Shown piece after piece: positions 27,377-52,199 of a stretch of 64,000 bases of DNA (positions are counted from its first letter, which is position 1; each line of letters starts with the position of its first letter). Made by a program: the position numbers and the translations under genes. The stretch is from the NCBI GenBank assembly GCA_964035545.1, contig OZ037766.1, positions 19,456,767 through 19,520,766 of the forward strand, read 5' to 3'. The notes beneath the pieces were generated by a model, which was not told the DNA's origin, did no database searches, and saw only the letters and a program-made list of their open reading frames with translations. This DNA is from Bugula neritina. Taxonomy: Eukaryota > Animalia > Bryozoa.

Positions 27377-29171
27377 TATTCGCGTAACTTCACTAACACT
27401 TTTCAATAGGGGAGTTCCAGCAAATTCACAAACTGCAATGACTGTAATATCTGTGAACAGTATAAATAATTATGATTTCAAAAAACCGCAATCCTATCAT
27501 CTTATACTATTTCAAAGATATGGCCTGATGTTTGACTAGGTCTGTTCATTCTCAGAATTAGCCAATAGGAAGGAAGGATTAATGACGATCCCACGGAGGT
27601 ATTTTAAGCCCGCCTCCTGCAACTCGTGTTTTTATGAGCTACTAAAGTAACCAAGGGAAATACCTGACCATATGAATATTTTCAGTATTCATCCATTGTT
27701 TTGAGCATAATCTCCTGACAACACAAATGGCCTGATACATGCAAACATAATTATTCATATTATTCATTCATAACTTATATTAAATATTGGAATATAGCTG
27801 CTGTATTCATCATTTTATAAAGCAAGTTATGCATACTGTGGTTATGTTGCAAGGTTTTTAATGTATAAAATTAAAGCAAGAATATGCAGCTGTTAGTTCT
27901 TTTAACTGATGAATTATCATTACAATTTGCATTTTAATAAGGAAATCTTTTACATCATGTCACAACTTGCAGGGCAAGGTGGCCTGCCCAACAGGTATGC
28001 TATTGTCTTGGGCAGCTTTTGGCTGACATGTAGGCAGAAAGCTCATGTAATGCTGCAATGCTGTCATATAGAAGTCACTCGGAGACAATAAATGAGCATT
28101 TGTTTGGTAAGAGTCATAAATACCAACAATTATCTTTCCATCTTTCCATTTGAGTGAGATAAACAACTAGAATATAACAATGGTTAACTTTGAGGATAGA
28201 GTAACAATGTTACATAGAAAGAAGGTTCCATCTGTCATAATAATAATAGATTTGTAAAATGTGAAAAAAGCAAATAGAAATAACCGAGCTTAAATTCAAA
28301 GTATACCTTCTTTTTGGAGTTATAAAATTTAATAAAGAAAAATCAAAGTGACTTTTCTAGAAAACTCCAAGAGTCTGAATTATAGTTTTAAGCTCATTGC
28401 ATTTCAAAGATTGAAAATGTTGAAAGATGTCAAGTCAGCACAAGTGGTAAACTGGTAGTATATTATTTGTATTTGAATAGACAACAATTTATAAATAATT
28501 GCTACTTCAGACACCACAGTGCTGTTTATAACAAGTTGACATAAATTTTATAACTAAAAGTGTTGGAGTGCAATTAATTCAATAAACTTTATGGGTTATT
28601 CAACCCAAACTTAGTTGCACGTGTGTTGCTTGCTACTATTATAAACTTGACAGAGATTCAATTATTAACTTATATTAAATATTTATCGCACTTTTATTTC
28701 TTAAGCTTGACAGTAGTTTGAAATCATTTTCAGATATAAGCTTGAAGTCTTGTTTTGCCTAAGGTTCATTTGAGATCAAGATAAAGTTACTGTATTTATT
28801 AATGGTGGCTGACTGTAAGTAATGGCTGGGTGCTAACAAATCCTCAATAACACTGAGGTAATTTACAAAAAAGTTAATCAACGGCTTACAATTAAATTTA
28901 AATTTACAGATAGCAAAAAGGTTGTCTTTTAATAAATTCAGCAATTTCGATTATTTCATTATAAATAGAATGTTTAAACAGTGCTACAGCTGGTGACACC
29001 ATCAGTCATGTAGGCAGGTACATAAATTTTTGCTCAGAAAACTTATATGAGAACAAGGTAGTGGTGGCACTTTGTTTTCCAGACAAAAGTAGGTATGGCA
29101 TTTCATCTAAGTTACGCTGTGTCAAACTTTCATGGGAGTACAGCTATACAAACTCTGTTACTACAAATCAC

Positions 29172-29229
29172 TTAGGACTTGAGACTTAGGACTTGAGACT
29201 TAGGACTTGAGGCTTAGGACTTGAGACTT
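29172..29229. repeat. 14-bp tandem repeat (ttaggacttgagac), about 4 copies
   Basis: Direct inspection. Confidence 0.8.
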
Positions 29230-29323
29230 GGCCACAAGGAGTCTGTGCAACTACAGACATTCAAATTCAATAACAGCTAATTTACTGATCAAGGCTTCTC
29301 GATAACTAAGACAGAATAAAGAG

Positions 29324-29434
<111 letters not shown>

Positions 29435-29439
29435 TTATC

Positions 29440-29551
29440 AGGCTAAAAGTTTGTCTTCTAATGTGGAAAAGGAGCAATTATGACTGAATGCCCTTTCTAA
29501 CATCACCAATGGCTTCTACTGAAATTTGAACCACCGACTTATGTTTACTAG
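29440..29551 (-). mobile_element. Partial SINE of the tRNA-derived family
   Basis: ggagcaattatgactgaatgccctttctaacatcaccaatggc core shared with the 2513 and 41687 copies. Confidence 0.75.
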
Positions 29552-32500
29552 TTTACTATTTTTTAGTAGTGAGTTTTGTGTAGGAAATCTTTTGTACGCA
29601 CCATTTGCTTTCTCAGGTTATAAAATATTACACCAGTCTGCATTATAGTTTAATAAAATGTCTGCAATAACAAAAGTTAGTGGAAAGCATAACCAATATT
29701 TATATTTATACAATGACTGTAGCAGATGTAAAGCTACAAGAAACTCTAAAAAGATAGGAGATGCCAACTTTTTAAACTACAACAACACTACCTTGGCAGC
29801 TGCATCCTTCTACTCAGCTCAAACTCATGTAATCTGCAACAATCATTGTAATAATAAATATTGCATAATGTCGCAGCTCTACCAACAATAACACTTTGCA
29901 AGAGTTGAAAGTCTATTGAGAAACTATGGTTGGCCGATGGCAGATTGCCTAGGATTTTCCTATAAGTTTGATGCAAATATTCTTTCCTTGTATACCTAAA
30001 TATCAAACACAGCAGATATGAACTATTCATTATATTCACCCAAAATATATTTTTCTGCTAGTTTTTGAATATATGAGTGAATTTTCTTTTCACCAAACTT
30101 AAATAACAGTTTAAACAATTATTGAAACAGCTCTATAAAGTAGGATTTAGTTTAAATAATAACCACTGATACTTTAAATGCTAAACTTAGTCAGATACTG
30201 ATTATTGGATTAAACAAGGAAAACTCATAATTGCCTATTAGTAGAATATGGGTTTTAATTGAAACTGGTGAGTATTTAGGAAACCAATCACTGAGCAACA
30301 AGTAACTTGTTTACTAGACATAATTTTTGTTTCTAAAATTGGCAAACTGCCCTTCAGCACTGCTAGACTCAAGCTGTTCAGTTATATTATACTATATAGT
30401 AGTTGTTTGTTGCAGTATATAATTCAAATTATTAATAAATTGTCTATCATTCTGTAATATGAAAATCCTGTTTCCAACTATAAATAACATGTACATAACT
30501 ATAGTTAGAGTAGCAATAATGACCATATGAGGTTCTGTAGTGTAAAGTTATACTTATGATAATGGTATTGCATTTCATAGTAAGAAATCTTTAGAGAATA
30601 AATGCTAGGCACCAGAAACATATTCACAGGGCAGCCTGAGTTTGTTAAGTTACCTAAGTATTTCATTAATTATTATTATTTATTCATTTTTCCTTACTTG
30701 TTTTTCTACTTTATTAATTAATTTTATACACGTACACTGTACAGTATTAAAATATTGGAAATAAGTGTGAGAATAGATTTGTACTTTAACTGAGCGTTAA
30801 TCTATTGTTGCCAAGCCTAATTATCTTTCCTTTAGTAAAACTAAATAGAAAAGACAACTTCAAAAAACAAACCCTTTAAATACGAAGACCGGTGTATGCT
30901 TACACTTGAAGTAAAGTTCTGTAGTAAAGTATCTGGTTTAGTTAAAGCAGAGTCAAACATTATTTTTTAAGTTAGCTCTTTTTGAGCACTAAAAGATGGA
31001 CAAAGGCATTTTTATTTAGAAAACACACAGAGATATGGACTATTTGTAATGCTTATTATCATGGTGTAGCATACAGGAGGATTATAGGTGAATACAAGAG
31101 TTGTCTTAGTTGTAGTATAAGAATAATAGAGGAATATACAGGTGTATGTGTCAAACTGTTTTTCATTAATTGGTAAGAAATTGATTTTATGTAAAATTAA
31201 TTCAATCAATAAAAAGAATAAATACGCCAATGCATGCAATCTCTTGGAAATGATGGCATAAATTAAAATTAAACATTTTCATCAGGGCATGCATGCATCT
31301 CAATTGATTGCATATACTATTATATATCAATGCAATAATAGGACTTTCAAATTTTAATTGAATACATGCATGTCTAATCTTGTCTTTGGCAAAATACTTT
31401 TTGTTTCCTAATAATATGAATGATAACTGCGCTTTTGTGTTACAATTCCGGGCCAATTATTAGACATATATGAGTTATTACCTACTATTATAGCTAACTA
31501 ATACTTATGCTCAGATGACCTATATTAAGAGTAATATCTGTGCACTTTTATAACAATTGATAAACATAATATGTAAAAATTGCTACAATTATAGTTAGGA
31601 TATAATATGCTAATACAGCATCTTGAAAACAATGTATTAACTATGGGTAAAAAACTAATGTTTTTTAAATTATACTTGCTACGAAAAACGGTTATTTCAT
31701 GCCATGCAGACATGGTAAAATCGCAGCTACTTGTATATGTATGAATTATTTTAAAAATAAGCCGTTTTGTTTACCCCCACATAATATAGTAGCCAGTGTA
31801 TTTATAAGTAGCTACTTGTACTATTTCTTAATCACAGTTTTTACATGCTACCCAAATACCATAGAATGTATTCCTGCACCTTATATTTGAAAAAAGAGTG
31901 ATACCAGAATATAATATATATGCGTGTGCGGCTATAAAATTTGGCATAATATGATGTTACTACTTTTATTGTTGATTTTTGAAAACAAATGTAGGAAGCA
32001 AAATATAACAATATAATTAAAGGAGATATTGCATGCATTAAAAATAGCGCAACTAGCTTTTATTAGTAAGTAGATTTAACTTGTATAATGTTACAATATA
32101 AAATGGCTCTTCTTGCTAGTGCTGATATCTACACAGCATGCCGGTTATTGGGTGGCCTATAATGCTTTTATCAATTTTATATGTTTTCTAATGAGTCAGC
32201 CATAAATCTTCTTCTGCATAGATTATTGTTACAAAATTCAAAACCTTTTTGCACATGATCTGTAATATTTCTAAAACACTACGCAGTATCTCTAAAATAT
32301 TAAGATAATTATGTTTTACATTACGATACATGCTTGCCTACATAAAGGTGCCTGTGATCTAGCTATTTGAAGTACCAAACGCAGAAAATCATAGATGATG
32401 CCAAAGGTAGATTTGTTTTCTTCAGTTTTAGTTTAGAGCTGAGTTGCTTCTACTTTTATAGCTTTAAAACTAGACGTACACCTTTAAATCTTGAAAGGAG

Positions 32501-34599
32501 AGATTGAGATAGTTATTATAGCAAGCATAATCACACAGGGACATAGACAGCAAGCAAACAGAAGCACCCGGAAATTTTGTTGCATCCTTAAAACTTTATT
32601 AAAATATATTCACAGTTTTGCAGTTTTTAGGAGCATGTACTTTGTGTAGCAAATGCCATGATTATATCTAAAATTAGCAGTAAAAAGTTGCTACTGAACA
32701 GGTGAACAGTATATAAATACTGAGTATATACATACATACTGAGTACTAGATACTCTGCATAGTAGTATATATGCATGTACATAGTGAATAGTTAATAGGC
32801 CTACTATGTAAAATGTAGTTTAAAACCATTATGAAGTAAAACCTGTTGAGTAATTTACCATATGCATGGTTATCGTTGTGTATTGCAATAACATATATAG
32901 CCAGCAACATCTAACAATTTTGTTTCACTCGAGTAAACAAAACAACTGGACAGCAGATAGTGAAACAAACTAATATATTTCACAGAGAAAACCTGAAATT
33001 TGGCTAATTATGCTTATTTAACTGTATATAAATAAATGAAAAATGTGAGTTCATATCCTATTAACAAGACAATAAACAGGACAACAAATGTTAATAAAAA
33101 ACTTTGTCACTTCTCAAACATAAGCACAGACTCTTGAAAAACATGCATAGTGACCATTATAAATCCTTTAGCTCAGCAAATATATGTTGGTTTGACTGAG
33201 ATTGCTACATGAATGTTATAATGCTGTTAAAAAGCCATTACATTTGCACTATTAGCCTACTTACAAAATTAAAACATAAACAACTTTATAAAAGACAAGA
33301 TTCGTGCTAAGAGCAAAAACAGTTGGAAAAAAAAACAGTATACATTTGCCATAGATAAAAAGTCTACATCTTACGGTTTTACTTCAAGTCTTCTTTGATC
33401 TTAGTGAGACTTTTAAGACAGCACACTGAAGCTAGAATGGTTTTAGTCAGCAAGAAGCTGAACCCTTGGGATTTGCACCCAATCAGTGTTCCATCTCTTA
33501 TCCATGGGTTCAACTTTAACAATTTCAAACTGTTTTTCTATCAACAACTTAATTTGTTGAAAAGGCAACTTCACAGATTCTGTTAGAACAAATAAAATGA
33601 TGACAATCACTTTGGTCAGTATATTATTTTAAATAAATTAGCAAGTTGTTATTTTTATACATATTCCACTATTTTAAACAGACATTATGTATTTTGAAAT
33701 GATTAAATACTTGCAAATAAATTCAAATTGACTGGAGACAATCAAGTTAGTTAATGGTTCAACTCAGATTTGACAGAATATTGTCTGAACCATGACTCAC
33801 AAAGACTGCAACTAAACTCTGCTATTCACTATTGCATATTGTAGCGGACTTGGCCATATACTATGAGCCCCCTTATCTAGCCCAGTGGCCCTATATACTA
33901 TTAACATGTCCCAAGTATTAAGTAATTGTGCACTCTGTTTGTTGATTGGCCAATTGTAAATGTTAATGTAATGATAATGCAATCCATAAGGGAGCCCGAC
34001 GCCGAGTGAAACTTTTGTTGGATTTCTGGCGCTGGATTCGGCCACCTTATCAGGTTGAGGCATTCCAATCATATATTAGTAAGGTGGAATACCTCAGTCA
34101 GTGAATTGGAGTAGAAGTAGAACTATTTAATGTTCCACCCTCTATATAATTATATGTGATTATAATTATCTTTATATTGTTGCGAAGAGTGAGACCTAGG
34201 CTCTATAATCAGCAGGTCTGCAATACATTATATCTAACTAGCAAGTTTCGTCTTATCCCTCTTATTCTCTCACAAAAAGTTCTTGTGTTCTGGTTGCAGC
34301 ATTAGCTTCTTACGAACCTTCTAGTAATTTTACTCCTGCTTAGACAACAAACGAGATATAAACTCAACATAATTTTAATAATTAAAAGCATAATTAAATA
34401 ACTTGAACAAATACTTGAGCAAAGGTTTGTAAGTCTTTCCAAATATATAAAAATGAACCCTGGCTGGGTTCTTTTAAAGATAAAGATAGAAAACAAGTGA
34501 AGTTGCATTGAATTTTCCTTATAAATTCATATAAAAAACTAAAAATTGTGCATTTAAATGTTGTACAAATTTATTAGTTAAAAGTAAACCTGTCCAATA

Positions 34600-35175
34600 A
34601 ACAATTAATATAAGTATAAACTATAAGAATAAGGATTTTAGCTCATATATTACTCACTTACCTACTACTACTAGTACTAGTATTGCTAATCATAGGGTTA
34701 GCTGTAGCTAATTCCTAGAGTGACTGAAACTCCAACAGCTCAACTATAAGCCTCGCTCTTATGACTTATAAATTTGAAACTCAATTGCAAATGGCAATGC
34801 AACCATCGTTAGTCACTACGAATTATATATAAATAATAATAATAATTATAAGACTTACTGTTAGAGTTAGACTAAATTGTTTTGCTAACAGTAACACTAA
34901 CTCAAACAGCAAATAGTAAGCAACTATTCACAATTAATATCACTATGACTATGAATCTAGAGTCTAGGAGTATGACTATGAGTATCAGTATGACTATGAG
35001 TATGAGTATTACCATTATGATTATTATCAATCAGTATCAGGATGATAATCACAGATCACTGTGAGTATGACTATCACTATTAGTATGACTATGAGTATCA
35101 CTATCAATTAGTATTACTATCAGTATTAGTAATACTATTAGTATTGGTTAGTATTAGTATAAGTATTAGTATTCA
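34600..35175. repeat. Degenerate AGT/ACT triplet tract upstream of histone H1
   Basis: agtatgactatgagtatc.. runs. Confidence 0.7.
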
Positions 35176-36165
35176 ATGCAACTGTGTAGTGTTTACAACA
35201 TCATGATCAACATGATGAGTACTAAATCAAAATGCTTTAAGCTCAGAATAAACATGACATTACTTGAAATCGTCAACATATCAAAACGATGAACCAGGTC
35301 AAGATCTTAGCTTGCAAATTTTTTAAGAACTTTATAGTGATAAAAATTGTAATTTTTGAAACCAAAATTAGGTTTAACTGCAACTCACCTCCAGTCTGAG
35401 TGTAAGTTTTAATTTGAATTTGCTAGTAGAGAGTTCTGATTGGCCAAAATAAAATTGCCAATATCTTTCTTGTCTAACAACTTAAAAAGTAAAATTATAA
35501 AATAACAATTTCTTCTCAGCTTTATGTGCCAGCTCCACCTTTTAAAAACATATTTTTGATCAAATAATTCTGAAAAACCAAGTAATAACTTTGCAAAATT
35601 TGAGTCCGGAAGTCGACTTTTTTGCGATCAACATCTCGCGAGTGTTTGGAAGTAAAATTTAAAAACACTTGAAAACTTATGTAGAGAGTGGAAATCAGCA
35701 AAGTTGGTTTAGAAAATTGCAGAAAACACATTTTAATTTCTAGAAATAACCTGTTTCACGATGAATAATATGCATATACTTTGTAATAAAAGGCCAAAGT
35801 AAGTGTGTCCAAAACTTTCACGCATAAATTCCAGCTTTCATCAAAAAAATATGCAATATAATTCAATTATAGATAATCAATGATTACAAAAATAAATACA
35901 AAAATATCTTAACATTTTATTTGTGCCATCTTAACACAAAAATGTTAATCTGTGTAAAAGAAAATGAATAATACATACACCTATGTAGGCACAAATATAG
36001 TCAGATGCGCGTAATGTATGAAAGAGAATACCGAAAACTTACTCGATTCCTCCAAGACGTCCGTTTGCAAAATATATATTTCAGCTTTGCCGTAGCATTC
36101 ATCAAACTTACATTCACTGCCAGAGGAAATTAATCGGAGAGTAACAAACAACTGCAATCGCCACT

Positions 36166-36768
36166 ATGTCGGACACTCCAGCAGCTGCTTCACCAGTCAA
36201 ATCCAAGCCAGCAAAGAAGGCTCCAGCAAAGCCGAAGACTCCAGCTGCACACCCTCCAGTAGCCGACATGGTAACGGCAGCTATTAAAGCCTTGAAAGAC
36301 CGCAAAGGCTCTTCTTTACCTGCCATCAAGAAGTACCTGAGTGCCAACTACAAAGTAGATGTTTCAAAACTGGCGCCTTTCATCAAAAAGTTTTTGAGAA
36401 GCGCCGTTGCTAGTGGTAAATTGGTGCAAGTTAAAGGCACTGGCGCAAGTGGCTCTTTCAAACTCAGTGCAGCAGCCAAAGCTGAAAAACCCAAGAAGCC
36501 AGCTGCCAAGAAGAGCCCAGCTAAAGCCAAAAAGCCAGCTGCCAAGAAGAGCCCAGCTAAAGCCAAGAAACCAGCAGCCAAGAAAAGCCCAGCTAAAGCC
36601 AAAAAACCAGCAGCTAAGAAGAGCCCAGCTAAAGCCAAGAAGCCAGCAGCCAAGAAGCCTGCTGCAAAGAAGCCAGCAGCCAAGAAGCCTGCTGCCAAGA
36701 AACCAGCAGCCAAGAAGCCTGCTGCCAAGAAACCAGCAGCCAAAAAGCCTGCTTCCAAAAAAGCATAA
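36166..36768 (+). CDS. H1: Histone H1 (intronless, replication-dependent type)
   Basis: [45 protein letters not shown] globular domain; Lys/Ala/Pro-rich tail. Confidence 0.98.
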   Translation: MSDTPAAASPVKSKPAKKAPAKPKTPAAHPPVADMVTAAIKALKDRKGSSLPAIKKYLSANYKVDVSKLAPFIKKFLRSAVASGKLVQVKGTGASGSFKLSAAAKAEKPKKPAAKKSPAKAKKPAAKKSPAKAKKPAAKKSPAKAKKPAAKKSPAKAKKPAAKKPAAKKPAAKKPAAKKPAAKKPAAKKPAAKKPASKKA

Positions 36769-36810
36769 ACTGAATATACTTGCTACTTTTTCTAGTAGCT
36801 ACACCACAAA

Positions 36811-36826
36811 GGCCCTTTTCAGGGCC
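36811..36826 (+). promoter_or_regulatory. Histone mRNA 3' stem-loop
   Basis: aaa-GGCCCT-TTTC-AGGGCC-accc, followed by purine-rich aaaaag (candidate U7 HDE) about 15 nt downstream. Confidence 0.95.
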
Positions 36827-37069
36827 ACCCCAAGTTACACAAAAAGTTTGTAGTTCAGTGCTACATGTATATATTGTTGTGCATGAGTAGCATGGTGATT
36901 TCAGAATAACTGTAATATATTGTATATATATGTGTGAATTGATATTCTATATTTATTTGTAAAATGTAATGAGATGTATATAATTTTTGTCAAGCTTAAT
37001 TGAGATATATATATATTTATATATTAAGTAAAATATTTTGCTGTATACAATGTATAAAATAAAAGCTGC

Positions 37070-47543
<10,474 letters not shown>

Positions 47544-48809
47544 GTTCTCACTTCCCTTTCAACAACGTTTGTATATACCTACAACACATGAACAACCTTT
47601 AAAATCGGCAAACACATGTAGCCTATGCAATTTTATAACTGAATTTAGTTTAATATATCATTTAGTAAATCCACAACTAGATAATCGGCAATTAAGAAAC
47701 ATAACAAACTAAATGTATTTTGAAACTAAAACTTAATTGACAACTAATGCAGTGCTCTCTATTAACATAAAAGAGAAGAGAAAGACCACGAAGCAACACT
47801 GGCTGCACTAAATTACTGTAAAAACTAACATGGTCACATACTGAATCACCTATCAAACAGTCTGTAAACTGCACCACACTAACAGATAGATACAGGAAAC
47901 ATAGAAAGAACATGGCACAACATTCTAAAAGCTGCAAATGTCAGCAATAAACAGTTTTGGTTCTGCTCCTCAAAATATTCTTTATTTCCTTTCTGCAAAC
48001 TTGGAAAATAGCAGAAACACTAATAAACGAGAAAGGATTGAGCTTAAATGAATATGTATATGGTACTTTATAGGTAATTTGAAATTATTATGGTTACATA
48101 TCATGTTAAAGGCCTAATAACTGCAAGTGCTACAGTCTAAAGACAACATTAGTCATCTTGGTCATAACGTAGAATTACTGTATAAAGTAGTATATGAAGT
48201 CTGCTTATCAGCATAATATACTGAACCTATGAACTAGAAATCAATAACCACTAGGGCTGCCTTAAGAGAAAAACCAACTTCAATTAATCCTGCCAAAGCT
48301 AAATCAGCAAATCATATTAATTGTAACTGTACACCGTGATTGCTTTAAAAAGCTATAGTGTTGGAGTCAGGAGGTCTCTAAGCATTTGGGAAGTACAAGT
48401 ACAAGTTTAGTATTCTTTGAGATGAGAGCTATGGCAACACGCAGGGCTGAAGTTATAACCACAATAATGATACAAATAACCATCACCATTGTTGTGATAA
48501 CCACAATAACAATTGTAGTTAAAGTGATAACAGGCTGAAAGCATACTGGACCTACTATGTCCTATGGCAATTGTAGATATTAAATAAAGTAAAAAGCTGA
48601 AACTCAATTAAACCACATGATTATAAGCAATTATAACAAACGCTTTATAAAAAATCAACCTATCTACCCATCCCTGAAAGATATTTTTAGTAGTCCTAAG
48701 GGGCCTGTAGGAATAAAAATGTGCAAAACTTTGAAAAGCAAAATTATGAAAAACAAAAATTTGTAAAACTTTAATACCCTGTTAAACTATACCACTAGCC
48801 CTAGGCACT

Positions 48810-49300
48810 AACAATATAAGTATGAGTAATATTACTCATCAGTAATACTAATACTAGTAATACTAATATTACTAGTACTATTACTAATAGTACTAGTAAT
48901 ATTAGTATTACTATTACTATTAGTTTATTACTATCAGTATTAGTATCAGTATAAGGCTTATAAGATATAAGCTATGTTAAATAATAATACTTATACTGGT
49001 ATTACTATTAATAGTAATACTAATACTAATATTAACATTGGTAACACTTATAGTTATACTAATACTAATAGTAATACTAATAGTAATAATAGTAATACTG
49101 TTAGTGTTACTGTCAAAGTTATTACTACTAGTATAAGTATTACCATTAGACTTAGTATTAGTATAACTATAAGTATCAGTGATACTGATGCTTATACTTA
49201 TACTAGTATGGTGATACTGATGTTAAATTTAATAGTAAAAGTAATAGTAATAGATTTAGTAGTACTAATACTAGTCTAATAGTAATAGTACTTTCAAATT
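48810..49300. repeat. Degenerate AGT/AAT/ACT triplet tract
   Basis: agtaatactaatact.. runs. Confidence 0.75.
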
Positions 49301-49787
49301 ACTCATACACTTGGAGTTACATTTAAACCCTAAAGCTAAGTCCCTAACCCTTAGATTTACTTTCATTTTAACTTTTACTTGTAGACTAAAACTCTTGAGT
49401 CTTGAACTTGAAGCCAGTCATTTCATAATGATAATGATCATAATATTCTTTAAATTTTAGAAATCGTAGTTCTCTGGTTTCTCTTAGTCTTATTTATACC
49501 TTAGTTAAACTTTATTTTGGAAACTCCAGTCTAAACTCAGCAATAAAAGTCTAAATCAAAGCACTACCCTCATTTAGTGTTACAGACACAGTGACACTGA
49601 CTGTGAGTGAGAGAATGTTAGTGCAAATGTAACACTAACAGTAATCACTAAAGAGAGCTTTGAACCAATCGATTAACAATTAACGATAAAGTTACTCAGT
49701 TTCCTGCAATTACTTGACGAATCAGAGCCCTCATTGCAATAAATTTCAGCATATCGGAGCTCAAATACTGGTGATGTTGTAACAAAA

Positions 49788-49958
49788 TTATTTTATAAGC
49801 AGCTCCGAATTGGAGTGACTAAGTGTAGTGATTTAAGTTTATCAAGTTTAGAGTTCGAGGAGGGGGAGGGAGTTCAACTTAGAACTCCTAACGCCAAACT
49901 TGAGAATCTCAAATTAGTGCACGCAGTCACTCCCAACTTGAAGCTGCTTATAAAATAA
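49788..49958. mobile_element. Foldback/MITE-like element with long imperfect inverted repeats
   Basis: ttattttataagcagct..ggagtgact..tcaagttt mirrored by aaacttga..agtcactcc..agctgcttataaaataa. Confidence 0.7.
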
Positions 49959-50399
49959 ATAAGTCTTACAGAAATGTAATACAATATTATAGTAGGCCTA
50001 TATTACAGTACCTTGCTTAGTTTTCGCCGTTTAAATGTCGAAATTGAACACCAAAAACCTAAGGCTAAGATATAGCGGGGAACAAGAAAGCGCGTTCAAC
50101 ATTCACATTGCTTCATCAATCATCAATGAATAATCGAACCATTCAAATAAAACTTTTAAATGAGTGAATCGAACATTTATAACAATAATTATTTAAATAA
50201 CGTTGCTGTTGCACTTAATCCTTGATTTTGCGTAGAAATAAAATGAAAAATGCTGCAAAAAGCTGCGCCAAAGGCACAAATTAAACACTAGTCTTAAACT
50301 TAAAGACTAAAGTAAAAATATAACTTCAACTTCAAGTTTGAAAGTTAAACTTAAAGTTAAAGTGAAACTGAATCTCATCAACTTGATCAACTTCAAGTT

Positions 50400-50722
50400 A
50401 AATAATAATAATAATAGTTTAATAATTATACTATACTATTAGATTTAGTCTTATTACTAATACTAATAGTAATACTAATAATATTAATTATATTTTACTA
50501 ATAGTAATACTAATACTAATAGTAATAGTAATACTAATAGTAATAGTATTAATATTATATTTTAATTTATTAGACGATTACTAAATTAGTATTACTATTA
50601 CTTACAAATTGAAATTATTATAATTTAATAATAATTGTTAAAATAAATGTTATTAAATAATGTTATTAAATTTAATTAAATTTACTTATATTATTATAAT
50701 TATTATTAGTAATACTAATAGT
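50400..50722. repeat. Degenerate AT-rich triplet tract
   Basis: aataat/agtaatact runs. Confidence 0.7.
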
Positions 50723-50869
50723 ATCACCTCACTTTAAGTTTATTACTTCAGTTGAGGTAGGGTTTCTGCAGCAACTGGAATGTGTATAAGGAAGCCTCTA
50801 TTGACAACTTATATTGCCATTGCTGATTGCATTAGACCAGGGTTAGCATTTGCTACAGCATTTGCTGTT

Positions 50870-51900
50870 GTGTAATTATTTATTATATATTCTCGGTGCA
50901 TATGACGAATTGTTCGTGTCAGAAAACTAGTGTGGAAGTTGGAACATGTTTTTCCTAGCTGATATTGAGATGAGCTCTCCTCTGGCAGCCGCCCGGGTGG
51001 TTACAGTTACAAGCTTCCTGTCTTCAATAATCCTATCATAGGTTCTAGATAGAGTTTGGTGCTGATCATCATTCTGAAGAGTTCGGGCCGGTAAACACAG
51101 TCAATGTTTTTTTCTTCTGGCTTTCAGCAACCGCAGTCCTAACTTATTCCCTGCCTCAGATACACTGTTAGTGCATACTTCAGATTGCTTATGAACCGTA
51201 TGGCACTGTTCTGGACCAGCTCTATATCATGCACCTTGCTTTTGGTTGCAGGATTTCAAACCACATTTGCATAATCAAGTGTAGGCCTGCATAGACTTGT
51301 ATAAGCCAGTAGCTTAGCTTTCTTTGGGGCATCTTAAATTAAGGAGTTGATTACTCCAAGGACTTTCCGGAACTTGTTACACTTCTCATTTATGATTAAA
51401 TAATAGGTGTGACTGGTTTGTTATCCCAAGGTATTCGGTGTTTTCAGCCTATGCAAGTAATGTGGTACCGACTTTGTAATGTGATATAGGGGTTACTTTA
51501 CCAAAATTAATTGCCTGGCATTTTTTTCACCGAAGGGCATTTTTTATTCTATAGACCATTCATAGACAGTTGGTGATGCAGCACGTTGTGTTCCATCATT
51601 TTACCGGGAATGCTTGTCAAGAATATGAGCCTGAAATTGTTTGGAGATTTGCTGTCACCGCCCTTATGTATTGGTGTGACATTTGCAAGTTTCCACTGTC
51701 TTGGCAGTCTATAGGTGTCTAACGGCCTTTTGTAGATCAGTGCCAGATGTCTTGCAGTACCATTCAAGTCTATGAGCGTGCCAGGCTTTCGAACTCTATC
51801 AGGTCTAGTGGACTTCATTTGGAAAATTTTGAAATAGTTTGGCAAGCCTTTCCGGTGTAACATCAATGAAATCCTGGGCATCACTTTAGATACCCGAGAA
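50870..51900 (-). mobile_element. Decayed, internally deleted CR1-group LINE RT fragment
   Basis: LPRQWKLANVTPIHKGGDSKSPNNFRLIFLTSIPGKMMEH; downstream LLAYTSLCRPTLDYANVV and ELVQNSAIRFI motifs. Confidence 0.85.
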
Positions 51901-52199
51901 GTCTCATGTCATACACCCCAGCTGGAATTGACTCTGGAAGAATGTGTTTAACAACTCAGCGTATTGGACAGGATCTCCCGTCATTACATTCTGTTTGTCC
52001 TTCAGCACCAATTACCCTTGCCTCTATTTTGTCTGCTCTGAGCAATTTGATGCTGATACATTTACAATAATTAAAGTTTTAAAGTTTAAAAAATTGCAGA
52101 CAGTTGATACACTTTGTCTATGCAGTATTAAATTACACACAATCACACACATATATTAGCTACCATTTACAGATTGTTTGAGGGTTGTACGCTCAAACA

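Noticed and set aside
36348-36853. Antisense (AAGFL repeat) and alternate-frame ORFs over H1
   Set aside because: Shadows of the repetitive H1 tail codons
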